Shown: positions 1-11,787 of the stretch, one piece after another | Position numbering within the stretch: the stretch's first letter is position 1 | Layout: the number at the start of each line of letters is the position of its first letter | Origin: a virus | Taxonomy: Duplodnaviria; Heunggongvirae; Uroviricota; Caudoviricetes | Virus record (IMG/VR): IMGVR_UViG_2029527006_000005 | Length of the DNA: 64,000 bases | Reading direction: 5' to 3' (one strand) | Translations under genes and position numbers: made by a program | The notes under the pieces: generated by a model | The model's database searches: none | Seen by the model: the letters and a program-made list of their open reading frames with translations, nothing else | What the model was told of the DNA's origin: nothing

Positions 1-700
<700 letters not shown>

Positions 701-706
701 AATTAG

Positions 707-1258
707 TTAGATATCGCTAGGATAATCGCGACGGATTAGATTCTCTAGCGTTTGTAGTGCAGCTTCGTAGCTTTGTGGTTTCACAGTACTTGGCACGATA
801 TCCATACCAATGTTCTGACCTAGCTGTTCGTTGCCATTTTCAAACATTGCACCATAAGTAATGCACATTTCTTCGGAGAAAGAACCAATGGTATAAGCAT
901 GTTCTTTCCCGTTTAGTGCATGAACTACTTCCATACAACGCTTTTCATCGAAGTGGAATAGGTCACGACACATTTCAATTACATACTCAGCAGAACTATT
1001 TGGATCATCTAGCATTACTAGATCAAACATTGGAACGTTGAGGATGTTTTTCTCTGGATTATGAGAAAAGAATAAACGCAAACTTTCTTCAAGTACTGGC
1101 TTATTCACCACACCGTCTAATGAATTCCGTGCAACGGCTTTCACATAGTCGGTAATATCATGCTTACCAGCGATGTAGTACTTACTTTCGCCATAAGCAG
1201 CTTTAATCACACTATAAGAATCAAGTGAGAATACTTCTTGTACTTCAAGTTGTTTCAT
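707..1258 (-). CDS. clpS: ClpS-like adaptor protein (divergent)
   Basis: PMFDLVMLDDPNSSAEYVIEMCRDLFHFDEKRCMEVVHAL...GSFSEEMC follows the ClpS core pattern. Confidence 0.65.
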   Translation of the reverse strand: MKQLEVQEVFSLDSYSVIKAAYGESKYYIAGKHDITDYVKAVARNSLDGVVNKPVLEESLRLFFSHNPEKNILNVPMFDLVMLDDPNSSAEYVIEMCRDLFHFDEKRCMEVVHALNGKEHAYTIGSFSEEMCITYGAMFENGNEQLGQNIGMDIVPSTVKPQSYEAALQTLENLIRRDYPSDI

Positions 1259-1268
1259 GTTTACCTCG

Positions 1269-1775
1269 TTATTTGTTTTTGATTACACAGGTGGCTTTTT
1301 TACCCTGTACTTCAACCTTCTGAACAAATTCAACATCACCGAGGCGATTAACGAATTGTTTGAGGAAGGAAGTATTCTGCTCTAGTAGAGCTTGGTTACC
1401 AGCAATACGACCTTCAACTGCCATAACTACACGAACCTGCTTACCTTCACTGAGGAATTTACCAGCAGACTTAGCTTTAACCTTGAGATCGTTCTCTTGG
1501 GTTTTGAAAGAGAACTGTACTTCTTTAACTTGCGTTACGTTCTGCCGTTGCTTACGCTGTGCATCTTTTTCAGCTTGCTTGATTTCGAACTTGTGTTTGT
1601 TCAAATCAACAATCTTCACCACAGGCACATCGCCATCGTTTACTTGAATAAGGTCAAGCCCCAAAGCATCAGCACGGTTCTGAGCTTCTGAAATTGCCAC
1701 CACATTGCTACCAGCAGAGGTTACTAGACGTACTGATTTAGCTTTGATTTCTTTATTGGCAATAATTTCTTTCAT
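1269..1775 (-). CDS. infC: Translation initiation factor IF-3 homolog
   Basis: NKEIKAKSVRLV...EAQNRADALGLDLIQV...PVVKIVDLNKHKFE...VKEVQF...NDLKVKAKSAGKFLSEGKQVRV, both IF3 domains present. Confidence 0.92.
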   Translation of the reverse strand: MKEIIANKEIKAKSVRLVTSAGSNVVAISEAQNRADALGLDLIQVNDGDVPVVKIVDLNKHKFEIKQAEKDAQRKQRQNVTQVKEVQFSFKTQENDLKVKAKSAGKFLSEGKQVRVVMAVEGRIAGNQALLEQNTSFLKQFVNRLGDVEFVQKVEVQGKKATCVIKNK

Positions 1776-1809
1776 GTATGTTAGACTCCAGTCTTGTTAA
1801 GTTATGTCC

Positions 1810-1838
1810 ATTATATGACATTGGGAGGGGCTTGTCAA
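1810..1838 (-). promoter_or_regulatory. Consensus sigma70 promoter TTGACA-N17-TATAAT upstream of infC
   Basis: Minus strand reads TTGACA agcccctcccaatgtca TATAAT. Confidence 0.85.
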
Positions 1839-1844
1839 CCCCTA

Positions 1845-2048
1845 TTATTGATTATGTTTGCTGAACGCTTCTGCGATCAACTGAACCTGAACTAGTTGGT
1901 TCTTAGCTAGTTCTGCTTGGGACCGAGTACGAGCATTAGGTGCTTGCTCGATCATTTGCTCAAGTTCATAAATTACTTTGTTGAAAGCATCTTGGCTTTC
2001 TTTAAAACGCTCATAGAAAGGTTTCTTTTCCATTTGATTTGACTCCAT
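1845..2048 (-). CDS. Hypothetical helical protein
   Basis: ORF in tight operon packing. Confidence 0.6.
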   Translation of the reverse strand: MESNQMEKKPFYERFKESQDAFNKVIYELEQMIEQAPNARTRSQAELAKNQLVQVQLIAEAFSKHNQ

Positions 2049-2057
2049 GTATGAAAA

Positions 2058-2600
2058 TTATAGTTTAACGAATGTCACAGTACTTACAACTGCATCAAGT
2101 TTAGGAACATCAATATAGTCCATGTAAACATCACGCAAATCTTCACTAGTTGTAACGAGTGCGTTATCAGGTACAGAAACAATACGCTGCACAAAAGCAA
2201 GTTCTTGTTCTAGTCCGTCTGCTAGTGCCTTGTCAATAATACCTTTGATTACTTCTTGTGCAGTAGTAATTTGTTCCGCTTCCTCTTTAGGAATAGGATC
2301 GACAGTACTAACAAATGGCTCGTAGCTTAGATAACCAACAGTAAGTTTAGCACCTGTTGGGATCGTACTGCAATTACCTTCTGTGGTAAATTCTACATTA
2401 CAATACAAAGGTACTGTTAGTTCAGATAGTTTACGTTTGATTTGTTGCATACGAGTGTAAGCAATAGCTTTCTGTAGTACTTGTGCATCAGTAGGGGTAG
2501 TCATGACGTTGGAATCAAAATCACTGTACTCATAGAAACGCTTGTCATCTAGGTTCTGTCCGGGAACCTCAATTGTAAAAACTTTGAATAAATTGTTCAT
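2058..2600 (-). CDS. Hypothetical protein
   Basis: 180-aa ORF with GGAG SD and phage-typical codon use. Confidence 0.7.
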   Translation of the reverse strand: MNNLFKVFTIEVPGQNLDDKRFYEYSDFDSNVMTTPTDAQVLQKAIAYTRMQQIKRKLSELTVPLYCNVEFTTEGNCSTIPTGAKLTVGYLSYEPFVSTVDPIPKEEAEQITTAQEVIKGIIDKALADGLEQELAFVQRIVSVPDNALVTTSEDLRDVYMDYIDVPKLDAVVSTVTFVKL

Positions 2601-2638
2601 CTTATTTCTCCATAAAGAACACTTTTTCTTATTTATTT

Positions 2639-2842
2639 TTAAAAGTCGAATTGGTTTGTGTATTTCTTTCGTGCACTTTTATAAGAGGGGTGTAGAGCAT
2701 TCTGACACCCTTTGTTGACGGCCCACTTCGTGAAATCGTTGTTGGTATTTACCAACCCACAATACACGCAATACTGCTTGCCAGCCGCTTTGCTGAACAC
2801 AAACTTATGCGGCTGATATTCGTACTCTTCTTTGTCTTTCAT
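2639..2842 (-). CDS. Small Cys/His-containing hypothetical protein
   Basis: H...CVYC...C pattern; start overlaps the dda stop. Confidence 0.6.
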   Translation of the reverse strand: MKDKEEYEYQPHKFVFSKAAGKQYCVYCGLVNTNNDFTKWAVNKGCQNALHPSYKSARKKYTNQFDF

Positions 2843-4188
2843 TAGAACATTCCATTCTTACGGAACATCACATTGTAACGTGGACGTGTCATGGCAGTGT
2901 AGATGATTCGGCATTTAGTATCATTATTACGGATGCGTTCGATGAAGTCAGTATCGAACCAGATATTATCAAAAGTACTACCTTGTGATTTGTGTGCTGT
3001 TGTAGCATAAGGATAGTTAATGATATTAATCTTGTTTTTAATGATATAGTAATCTTGCCATTGGTATGCACGTTTAGTCATTGGGTTGATATCTTTACGT
3101 TCAATCTTCTTGACTAGCTTATCTAAGTAGTCATCCAAACCAATCTTAGATTCTGGACCTACACCTAGAATGTAATTACCGTTAGGAAGTTTAAATTGCC
3201 AACAATCAATACCTAAGAAACTTTCTTTACGTACTTCAGGACATTGAATTATTTCCTGATTCATATACGGACAGTTCTCAGTTACCGTGTCAAATACAAT
3301 TGGTTCTCCTTTAACAAACTCTACGTCTTGGTGTTTATCAAACAACTCACTTCGAATATAGATATTCGACAAACTAACTCTGTAGTTTGTGTAAGCAATG
3401 ATTTTATTCTCCTGAACGAAGTCAAAGATTTTATTAGAAGAACCTTTGTGTTCAAGAATCATCTCCTTATAAACGTCCAAGAATACTTGTTCGTCATCAA
3501 TAGGTATGATTGTATCAAGACCGTAGGTAGTATCTAGGATAGATAATGGATCTCCATTAGTACCAATACATTCACGGATGGATGTTGCGATGCTGATGAT
3601 TGGGTTATCCAACGCTTGACGTAGTACTTCAGTAAGTTCGTACTTAACTTCAACGTCAAAGGTTGGGCTTAGTTTGGATTCACCAATTGTTCCTTCAGCT
3701 TCAACAGGTGGTAACTGGCAAGAATCCCCTACAAAAATAATTGCACGACGAACACGGAACATCTGGTCAACAATGTGCTGATAAAGTTCTTCTGAAATCA
3801 TAGAACATTCGTCTACGATTAGTACATCAACCATTGAAGTACTGTTCTTAGATTGTGGGTCGTGTTTAAGTACTTGACGGTTCTTTTCATAGACTAGTTT
3901 CAATCCTAGGAAAGAGTGTATTGTACTTACTTGTGCATCTGCTGCACCTAGACCAACGTTTTGAATAAGCATCTTCCGAATAACGGAGTTTGCTTTATGC
4001 GTTGGTGATGTTACTGCTATATTATAGCCTTTGTGAAGACTATCGACAATTTCAGCTACTAGTGTTGTTTTACCTGTACCAGCATAACCAACTAGAACAC
4101 ATTCGGAACGACCCGGAAAGTTGTGCACACGTTCAATAAAATCGTCATATACTTCTTGTTGCTTGTCCGTAAGCGTGATATTACTCAT
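2842..4188 (-). CDS. dda: Dda/RecD-like SF1B DNA helicase
   Basis: Walker A GYAGTGKT, SPTHKA, TIHSFL, IVDECSM, GDSCQLPPV, YATTAHKSQGSTF, YTAMTR. Confidence 0.92.
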   Translation of the reverse strand: MSNITLTDKQQEVYDDFIERVHNFPGRSECVLVGYAGTGKTTLVAEIVDSLHKGYNIAVTSPTHKANSVIRKMLIQNVGLGAADAQVSTIHSFLGLKLVYEKNRQVLKHDPQSKNSTSMVDVLIVDECSMISEELYQHIVDQMFRVRRAIIFVGDSCQLPPVEAEGTIGESKLSPTFDVEVKYELTEVLRQALDNPIISIATSIRECIGTNGDPLSILDTTYGLDTIIPIDDEQVFLDVYKEMILEHKGSSNKIFDFVQENKIIAYTNYRVSLSNIYIRSELFDKHQDVEFVKGEPIVFDTVTENCPYMNQEIIQCPEVRKESFLGIDCWQFKLPNGNYILGVGPESKIGLDDYLDKLVKKIERKDINPMTKRAYQWQDYYIIKNKINIINYPYATTAHKSQGSTFDNIWFDTDFIERIRNNDTKCRIIYTAMTRPRYNVMFRKNGMF

Positions 4189-4619
4189 TGCGACTCCTTC
4201 GCCTCTTGTGCTGCTGCTTGTGCCAAGTCATCAGCTATTTCGTTGTAATAGTCTTTATTATGACCTCTAACCCATTCGTACTGGCAATCATTGCCTAGCA
4301 CGTCTATTTGTTGCCATAGATCTAAGTTAGCTTTACAACCTTTCCAATTTTTCTTTTTCCAGCCATGTCTCCATTCTGTCATACCTTTCACGACATATTG
4401 AGAATCGGACATAACTTTAATAGTACTATCATAACCGTAAGTTTCTTTAACGTATGCAATTCCACTCATGGCAGCGAGTAGTTCCATTCGGTTATTTGTG
4501 GTGTACTTCTCTCCAAAAGAGAATCTACCAATCTCTACGCTATCTTTTAGTACTACAATACCGACACCGCCCGGTCCCGGATTTCCTAAACAAGATCCAT
4601 CTGTGTAAACTGTAAACAT
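4185..4619 (-). CDS. rnhA: Ribonuclease HI (bacterial type)
   Basis: YTDGSCLGNPGPGG, TNNRMEL, SDSQYV, NLDLW, WVRGH, NEIADDLA. Confidence 0.95.
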   Translation of the reverse strand: MFTVYTDGSCLGNPGPGGVGIVVLKDSVEIGRFSFGEKYTTNNRMELLAAMSGIAYVKETYGYDSTIKVMSDSQYVVKGMTEWRHGWKKKNWKGCKANLDLWQQIDVLGNDCQYEWVRGHNKDYYNEIADDLAQAAAQEAKESQ

Positions 4620-4637
4620 TATTCCCTCAACGTTATA

Positions 4638-5141
4638 TTATAGAGTATTCCAATACTCTACCATAGTACCATCTTCTAGTACTTTGACTGTTGCTAATTC
4701 GATTAGCACATCTGCATAAGCTGCATGATGTTGTACATCAAAGAAAGTATCACATTCTGCATCATTATCAATGACGCTTAGTACGATAGTGTCAACGTAC
4801 TTGATAGCTTCTTCGTAAATCTTTGCACCACCAATGACAACACAATCAGGATTATTAGCAATGATGCTAGGTAGGTCTTCTACATTAAGGAAGAGTACTG
4901 AAGTGTTTTTGTCACAATCTTCTCTTGAATGCATTGAGTACTCACGAGAAAGGAGGACGATGTTCAACCTTCCGGGGAGTGGTTTCTTTGGGAGAGACTT
5001 CCAAGTATTGTAACCCATTATGATTACTTTACCTGTAGTCTCTTCTTTGAAGTGTTTGAAATCCGCAGCACTATGCCACGGAATCGTATTGTTTATACCA
5101 ATACCACCATTATTGTTGGTAGCGAGAATCATTTTTGACAT
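4638..5141 (-). CDS. folA: Dihydrofolate reductase
   Basis: GIGINNTIPWH...DFKHFKEETTG..IIMGYNTWKSLP.KPLPGRLNIVL, VIGGAKIY, DTFF. Confidence 0.95.
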   Translation of the reverse strand: MSKMILATNNNGGIGINNTIPWHSAADFKHFKEETTGKVIIMGYNTWKSLPKKPLPGRLNIVLLSREYSMHSREDCDKNTSVLFLNVEDLPSIIANNPDCVVIGGAKIYEEAIKYVDTIVLSVIDNDAECDTFFDVQHHAAYADVLIELATVKVLEDGTMVEYWNTL

Positions 5142-5523
5142 GTTTTAAAAACTCCTTAGTATGTTGCAAGGATACGATATGCATAGCCATAGCAACAAGT
5201 ACTGCAATAGGTAACATGATTACTGGTAGTAAGTAAAATGCGATGATAGCAGTCATGATGTTACCACATAATGAATGTGCACTAAGTACATCAATGTTAT
5301 GTGAATAAAGTACTGGAAGAATCTTTACAGTTTCAGGAAGTAATTCTTCTTTATTATCCAAACGTTTCCAGTTCATAGAAATGTTTGCATATGAAGCTGC
5401 TGAAACGACGAATAGAGCTACTGTACCTAACCACAAGTAAATTTGAGCCACAAGCGGGAAACCACAACCTGCTAGGATGATGAAGATACTAATACCAATT
5501 AGAAATTTAATTACTGCACCCAT
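5110..5523 (-). CDS. Membrane protein of unknown function
   Basis: Several hydrophobic stretches; first gene after the promoter at 5561-5589. Confidence 0.65.
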   Translation of the reverse strand: MGAVIKFLIGISIFIILAGCGFPLVAQIYLWLGTVALFVVSAASYANISMNWKRLDNKEELLPETVKILPVLYSHNIDVLSAHSLCGNIMTAIIAFYLLPVIMLPIAVLVAMAMHIVSLQHTKEFLKHVKNDSRYQQ

Positions 5524-5560
5524 GATGTAAACCCTCTGTTATGTTAATGTATGTATGTAT

Positions 5561-5589
5561 ATTATATCACATGATTTCTGATTTGTCCC
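5561..5589 (-). promoter_or_regulatory. Phage early/middle promoter GGGACA-N17-TATAAT (with TGTG extension)
   Basis: One of 12 copies of tGGGACAa...TGTGATATAAT. Confidence 0.8.
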
Positions 5590-5605
5590 AATTTTTTATT
5601 TTTGA

Positions 5606-7057
<1,452 letters not shown>

Positions 7058-7061
7058 TTCT

Positions 7062-7757
7062 TTATACGTATTTTTGTAGATCAGGCTCGAAGAAGTTTAG
7101 ACTCTTTAGAATCTTATGGTCTTCTTTACGTTTAATCATCCATAGTAGACCACCTTCGTGTTCAACACTGGTAACGTAAACGTTGCGGTACTTCTCATCA
7201 CCGTTTAGTAGGCGTTTAGCAACACTCTCTTCGGCATGTTCTTTAGTTTCACTGAACTTGCTCATGTTAGAAGCGTGAACTTCTTCAAATGCACCAGCTA
7301 GGTCAACGTTAATAATAAAAGCATAGTTGAATACTTCTTTAACAATGCTAGTTAGTGAAGTCTCTACTAGGTGGTATTGACCTTCTTTATAACCTACAGT
7401 GAATTGCTCTGCATCAAAGATCATATTCTTCACTGCATTGATGGATTGGTGTGCTTGAGCTAGCTTTCCAGCAGCTACAGCGTTCGCGGAGGCTTCGAAA
7501 TCAATCGTAGTACCGAAGGTTAGGGCTGCACCGTAAACCACGTAGAGGATATCACAGAGGCCGTCTAGCATACCTACTAGATCATCACGCTCTGAACAGT
7601 ACTGGAATTCGTTACGACCAGTAATTTCTTCTAGGATAAGACTGCGACGTAGATTCGCCACTCCTAGACTAACAGGGGTTGGTTCAGTATTTGCAGCTTG
7701 ACCCGCCACTTTCATAAATTGTGCTACTTGAGCAATTTGTTTTTGTACATCAGACAT
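7062..7757 (-). CDS. MazG-like/PRA-PH-family NTP pyrophosphohydrolase
   Basis: LILEE..EF, DGLCDILYVVYG, AFEEVHASNMSK. Confidence 0.8.
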   Translation of the reverse strand: MSDVQKQIAQVAQFMKVAGQAANTEPTPVSLGVANLRRSLILEEITGRNEFQYCSERDDLVGMLDGLCDILYVVYGAALTFGTTIDFEASANAVAAGKLAQAHQSINAVKNMIFDAEQFTVGYKEGQYHLVETSLTSIVKEVFNYAFIINVDLAGAFEEVHASNMSKFSETKEHAEESVAKRLLNGDEKYRNVYVTSVEHEGGLLWMIKRKEDHKILKSLNFFEPDLQKYV

Positions 7758-7770
7758 TCAAACTTCCTTA

Positions 7771-8004
7771 TTACTTACGATTCTTGCGGCGTGACGCTTT
7801 TGCGGTTTTGTTTGCACTGCGGTTACGCTCTTTAATTTTACGGAATTCAGCTTTCTTTGCATCTTTACGTGCATAATAACCAGAGAGTTGAGCAATGATT
7901 TTCTTAGAGTACTCAAGTTCTTCTTCGGTTAGAGTATAGCCAACTTCTTCGTTTGCAGTTTCAATGCTTTCGTCAACCATCTCGTTTAGTGCTTTCTTAT
8001 CCAT
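7771..8004 (-). CDS. Small hypothetical protein (acidic N-terminus, basic C-terminus)
   Basis: GGAG SD; directly after the promoter at 8032-8060. Confidence 0.7.
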   Translation of the reverse strand: MDKKALNEMVDESIETANEEVGYTLTEEELEYSKKIIAQLSGYYARKDAKKAEFRKIKERNRSANKTAKASRRKNRK

Positions 8005-8031
8005 TTTATTCTCCTTCGTTATTGATGCCTT

Positions 8032-8060
8032 ATTATATCACATTATTCCGGGTTTGTCCC
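8032..8060 (-). promoter_or_regulatory. Phage early/middle promoter GGGACA-N17-TATAAT
   Basis: Motif copy. Confidence 0.8.
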
Positions 8061-8222
8061 AAACTCTGCACGGAAAAATAGAATTTTATCCTGTGGAATT
8101 CTTGTCCCGTCTTCTAGCATGATGCCATTATCAAAAGTTTCGATAATCTCACCTTCTAACTGTAAGCCACCTTCTAGTACTATTGTGTACTTAGTTTCTG
8201 GCATAAATGAAAATACATCCAT
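8043..8222 (-). CDS. 59-aa putative Sm/LSm (Hfq-like) fold protein, missing from the ORF track
   Basis: MDVFSFMPETKYTIVLEGGLQLEGEIIETFDNGIMLEDGTRIPQDKILFFRAEFGTNPE; GGAG SD; fills the intergenic gap. Confidence 0.6.
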   Translation of the reverse strand: MDVFSFMPETKYTIVLEGGLQLEGEIIETFDNGIMLEDGTRIPQDKILFFRAEFGTNPE

Positions 8223-8239
8223 GTATTACTCCAATACAA

Positions 8240-8260
8240 AAGGGACACTATGTGTCCCTT
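8240..8260 (-). terminator. Hairpin/terminator after nrdB
   Basis: AAGGGACAC-TAT-GTGTCCCTT followed by T-run on the - strand. Confidence 0.7.
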
Positions 8261-8264
8261 ATTA

Positions 8265-9389
8265 TTATAAATCAAAATCTGCAAAGTCATCTTCGTTAAT
8301 ATCATTAGTGATACCACCAGTGATATAAGAACTAACTTCTGTTTCTTGTGGTGCTACTTGTACATCAGAACCACTAATCCATTCAACCGTCCAAGGTAGA
8401 GGATTGTTTTTGGATACACTGAACGGACATTTCACACCCACTGCACCCATACGCTTAGAACCAATCCAACGAATATAATCTTTTAGGATTTGTGCGTTCA
8501 AGCCGATAATAGAGCCATCTTTGAATAGGAAATCAGCCCACTCTTCTTCTTGGCGAATAGCATCCATAAACATTTTCTGTACTTCATCATGACATTCTTC
8601 AGCAATTTTAGCGAAGTCTGGGTCTTCTTTCTTTAGAAGACGTAGAATCATTTGCGTAGCAGCTAAGTGCAAGTTCTCGTCACGGCAAATTAGACGGATG
8701 ATCTTAGCATTACCTTCCATTAGGTTGTTTTCTGCGAAAGCCCATGAGCAAGCAAAGGAAACATAGAAACGAATACCTTCAAGGATGTTAATACTGTTCA
8801 AGCACAACCATAGTTTTTTCTTTAGTTCATACATATCAACAACAACAGTTTTGCCGTTAACGGTATGAGTACCTTCGCCTAGCATCTTATACCAAGTTCC
8901 GAGTTCATCTAGATCATCGTAGTACTTAGAAATGTCTTCAGCACATGAGGTAATCTCTGGGATATCTAACATAGTATCGAATACTTCAGATGGGTTAGGA
9001 TATACGTTACGGATGATGTGAGTGTAAGAACGGCTGTGAATTGCCCCTTCAAAGAAAGCCCATGTTTCAATAAAGTTTTCTAGTTCAGGCAAGGATGCAT
9101 ATGGTAGTAGCATTAAGTTAGGACCACGACCTTGAACTGAGTCTAGAAGAATCTGACGTTTTAGGTTAGATGTGAAAATGTGTTTTTCAGTTTCACTTAG
9201 TTTACTAAAATCAATTTTGTCTTTAGTAACATCTACTTCTTCTGGTGACCAGAAGAAACCTTTTTGTTGTTCAGTTAGTTTCTCAAGTGCTGAGTACTTA
9301 ACTGATTCGAAACGCTGAATATCAACAGACTCATCGAAGAACATATTCTTGTCGAGGTGTGATTTCTCGTTAATTTTAAATACTGACAT
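8265..9389 (-). CDS. nrdB: Ribonucleotide reductase class Ia beta subunit
   Basis: FFWSPEEVD, QILLDSVQGRGP, HSRSYTHII, LEGIRFYVSFACS, RDENLHL, QVAPQE. Confidence 0.97.
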   Translation of the reverse strand: MSVFKINEKSHLDKNMFFDESVDIQRFESVKYSALEKLTEQQKGFFWSPEEVDVTKDKIDFSKLSETEKHIFTSNLKRQILLDSVQGRGPNLMLLPYASLPELENFIETWAFFEGAIHSRSYTHIIRNVYPNPSEVFDTMLDIPEITSCAEDISKYYDDLDELGTWYKMLGEGTHTVNGKTVVVDMYELKKKLWLCLNSINILEGIRFYVSFACSWAFAENNLMEGNAKIIRLICRDENLHLAATQMILRLLKKEDPDFAKIAEECHDEVQKMFMDAIRQEEEWADFLFKDGSIIGLNAQILKDYIRWIGSKRMGAVGVKCPFSVSKNNPLPWTVEWISGSDVQVAPQETEVSSYITGGITNDINEDDFADFDL

Positions 9390-9425
9390 TTACAATTCCT
9401 TTTGTATTTTATTCTGTTAAAACAA

Positions 9426-9446
9426 AGTCCCACATCATGTGGGACT
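9426..9446 (-). terminator. Hairpin between nrdA and nrdB
   Basis: AGTCCCACAT-C-ATGTGGGACT. Confidence 0.65.
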
Positions 9447-9453
9447 ATTTAAA

Positions 9454-11787
9454 TTAGATTTTGCAACTATCGCAATCATCATCAGGTAGGTCTGGTAGAA
9501 TAAATCCACCACTTGGCTCATCCTGTGCTTGTGTACGAGGTTTAGATTGTTCTTTCTCTAGTGCTTCAACATCAATCTCACCACTACCATCGTTAGTGTT
9601 CATGTAGTACAAATTCTTCAAACCGTACTTGAATGACAATAGAAGTTCCTTTAGAAGTACTTTCATGGAAAGTTTATTCTCTGGGAAGTGTTCTGGGTTG
9701 TAGCTTGTGTTAGCACTGATACTTTGGTCAATGTACTTCTGTAGTACACCACAAATCTTGATATAACCTTCGTTATCTTTCTGATCCCATAGTAGGGTGT
9801 ATTTATTTTTCAACTTGCCGATTTCTGGAACGACTTGTTTTAGGATACCATCTTTAGATGCTTTAATCGATACTAGACTACGTGGTGGTTCAATACCATT
9901 AGTACTGTTACTGATTTGAGCACTAGTCTCTGCTGGCATTAGTGCCATTGTGGTAGCGTTACGGATACCGTATTGTGCGATATCAGAACGTAGAGAATCC
10001 CAATCCATTTTTAGTTCTGTTCCAACTAAATCATCAATAGTTTTCTTGTACGTGTCAATTGGTAGAATACCTTCAGCGTACTTTAGGTTATCAAACCATT
10101 CACATTTACCTTTCTCTTTCGCTAGTTGCACGGAAGATTTAAGTAGGTAGTAAGACCATGCTTCAGCCCAAGTGTTGACAGTTTCCAATGCACCATCATC
10201 GTAACGTAGACCACGTTTAGCGAGGAAGTAAGCTAGGTTGATGATTCCCACACCGAGAGGACGATAAGCTCGTGTAGCTCGTTCTGCGTGGATTACGGGG
10301 TAATCTTGATAGTCGAGTAAGGAGTCTAATGCACGAACAGCTAGATCGCAAGCATTTTCCATATCTTCTGGTTTGTCAAAGTTGCCCCAATTGATTGCAC
10401 TTAAAGTACAAAGACTAATTAGGCCATCTTCACCGCTGTTAACATCTTCAAAAGGAACAGATGGTAATGCGATTTCTTGACATAGGTTACTCTGCTCGAT
10501 AGGAGCGACTTTAGGATCAAATGGTGAGTGTTCATTTGTCAAGTCAATGTTCTGGATATAGATACGTCCAGTTTCCGCACGTTGTTGCATTAGTACTGTG
10601 AATACTTCAATAGCAGGAACTACTTTCTTGCGAATAGTAGGATCAGCTTCGTACTTCTTATACAAACGAGCGAACTCTTTTTGGTCAGAACAGAATGCAT
10701 CGTATAGACCGGGTACGTCACTAGGAGAGAAGAAAGTAATGTCGCCTTTCTTAGTTAGACGCTCATAAAGAGTTTTGTTGATTTGGAAACAGTAATCGCT
10801 TTGACGAACGCGGTTAAACTCCGTTCCTTTGTTATTCTTTAGTACTACAAGGTTTTCAAATTCTAAATGCCACAATGGGAAGTGAATTGTTGCTGCACCA
10901 CCACGCACACCACCCTGAGAACAGGATTTAACAGTTTTAGTACTGCTAGTGATGAATGGGATTAGTCCGGTGTGAACTGCATCACCACCACGGATTTCAG
11001 AATCAATAGCACGAACACGACCGTAGTTAATACCTAGACCAGCTTTGCGGGAGATATAACGTAGGATTGCGTGGTTTGCTGCACCAATACTATCTAGACT
11101 ATCACCAACGTTTAGTACTACGCAAGAACTAAATTGACGTGTATTAGTACGTAGGCCAGCCATGATTGGAGTGGGTAGGCTAATGTCGAAGTTACTGATA
11201 GCATCATAGAAACGCTTAACGTAGCTCATACGAACATCACGATCATATTCCATGAAGACGATTGCTGCAATCATCATGTACGCCATTTGTGGAGTTTCAT
11301 AGATTTGTTTAGTAACACGGTTTTTGCAGAGATACTTTCCTTCCCATTGCTTCATAGCAACGAATGTGAATTTATCATCACGCTTATGTTTAATGTACTT
11401 ACCAAGTTCTTCGATTTCTAGTAAAGAGTACTTCTCTAAAATCTCAGGGTCATAAATGTCCATGTCAATTAGTTGTTGAACATGTGCAGTAAATTTAGGT
11501 GGTTCATAATCTCCATACACTTTCTTACGTAGTGAATAGTTAATTAGACGACCAGCTACATATTGATAGTTTGGAGTATCAACAGTAATGAGTTCAGAAG
11601 CAGCTTTAATTAGAATTTCATGAATTGCGTTGGTTTCAATACCTTCGAAGAACTGTAGCTGTGCTCGAACTTCAATTTCTGATACTGAGACTCCGGTTAA
11701 ACCTTCGCAAGCAAAAAATAGAATTTGGTGAATCTTTTCAAGATTAAGTGCTTCCTTAGCACCATTACGTTTAGTAACGTTGATCAT
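9454..11787 (-). CDS. nrdA: Ribonucleotide reductase class Ia alpha subunit with ATP cone
   Basis: VTKRNG ATP cone, PTPIMAG, QFSSC, SQGGVRGG, SNLCQEI, LCTLSA, GLKNLYY, C-terminal CDSCKI. Confidence 0.97.
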   Translation of the reverse strand: MINVTKRNGAKEALNLEKIHQILFFACEGLTGVSVSEIEVRAQLQFFEGIETNAIHEILIKAASELITVDTPNYQYVAGRLINYSLRKKVYGDYEPPKFTAHVQQLIDMDIYDPEILEKYSLLEIEELGKYIKHKRDDKFTFVAMKQWEGKYLCKNRVTKQIYETPQMAYMMIAAIVFMEYDRDVRMSYVKRFYDAISNFDISLPTPIMAGLRTNTRQFSSCVVLNVGDSLDSIGAANHAILRYISRKAGLGINYGRVRAIDSEIRGGDAVHTGLIPFITSSTKTVKSCSQGGVRGGAATIHFPLWHLEFENLVVLKNNKGTEFNRVRQSDYCFQINKTLYERLTKKGDITFFSPSDVPGLYDAFCSDQKEFARLYKKYEADPTIRKKVVPAIEVFTVLMQQRAETGRIYIQNIDLTNEHSPFDPKVAPIEQSNLCQEIALPSVPFEDVNSGEDGLISLCTLSAINWGNFDKPEDMENACDLAVRALDSLLDYQDYPVIHAERATRAYRPLGVGIINLAYFLAKRGLRYDDGALETVNTWAEAWSYYLLKSSVQLAKEKGKCEWFDNLKYAEGILPIDTYKKTIDDLVGTELKMDWDSLRSDIAQYGIRNATTMALMPAETSAQISNSTNGIEPPRSLVSIKASKDGILKQVVPEIGKLKNKYTLLWDQKDNEGYIKICGVLQKYIDQSISANTSYNPEHFPENKLSMKVLLKELLLSFKYGLKNLYYMNTNDGSGEIDVEALEKEQSKPRTQAQDEPSGGFILPDLPDDDCDSCKI

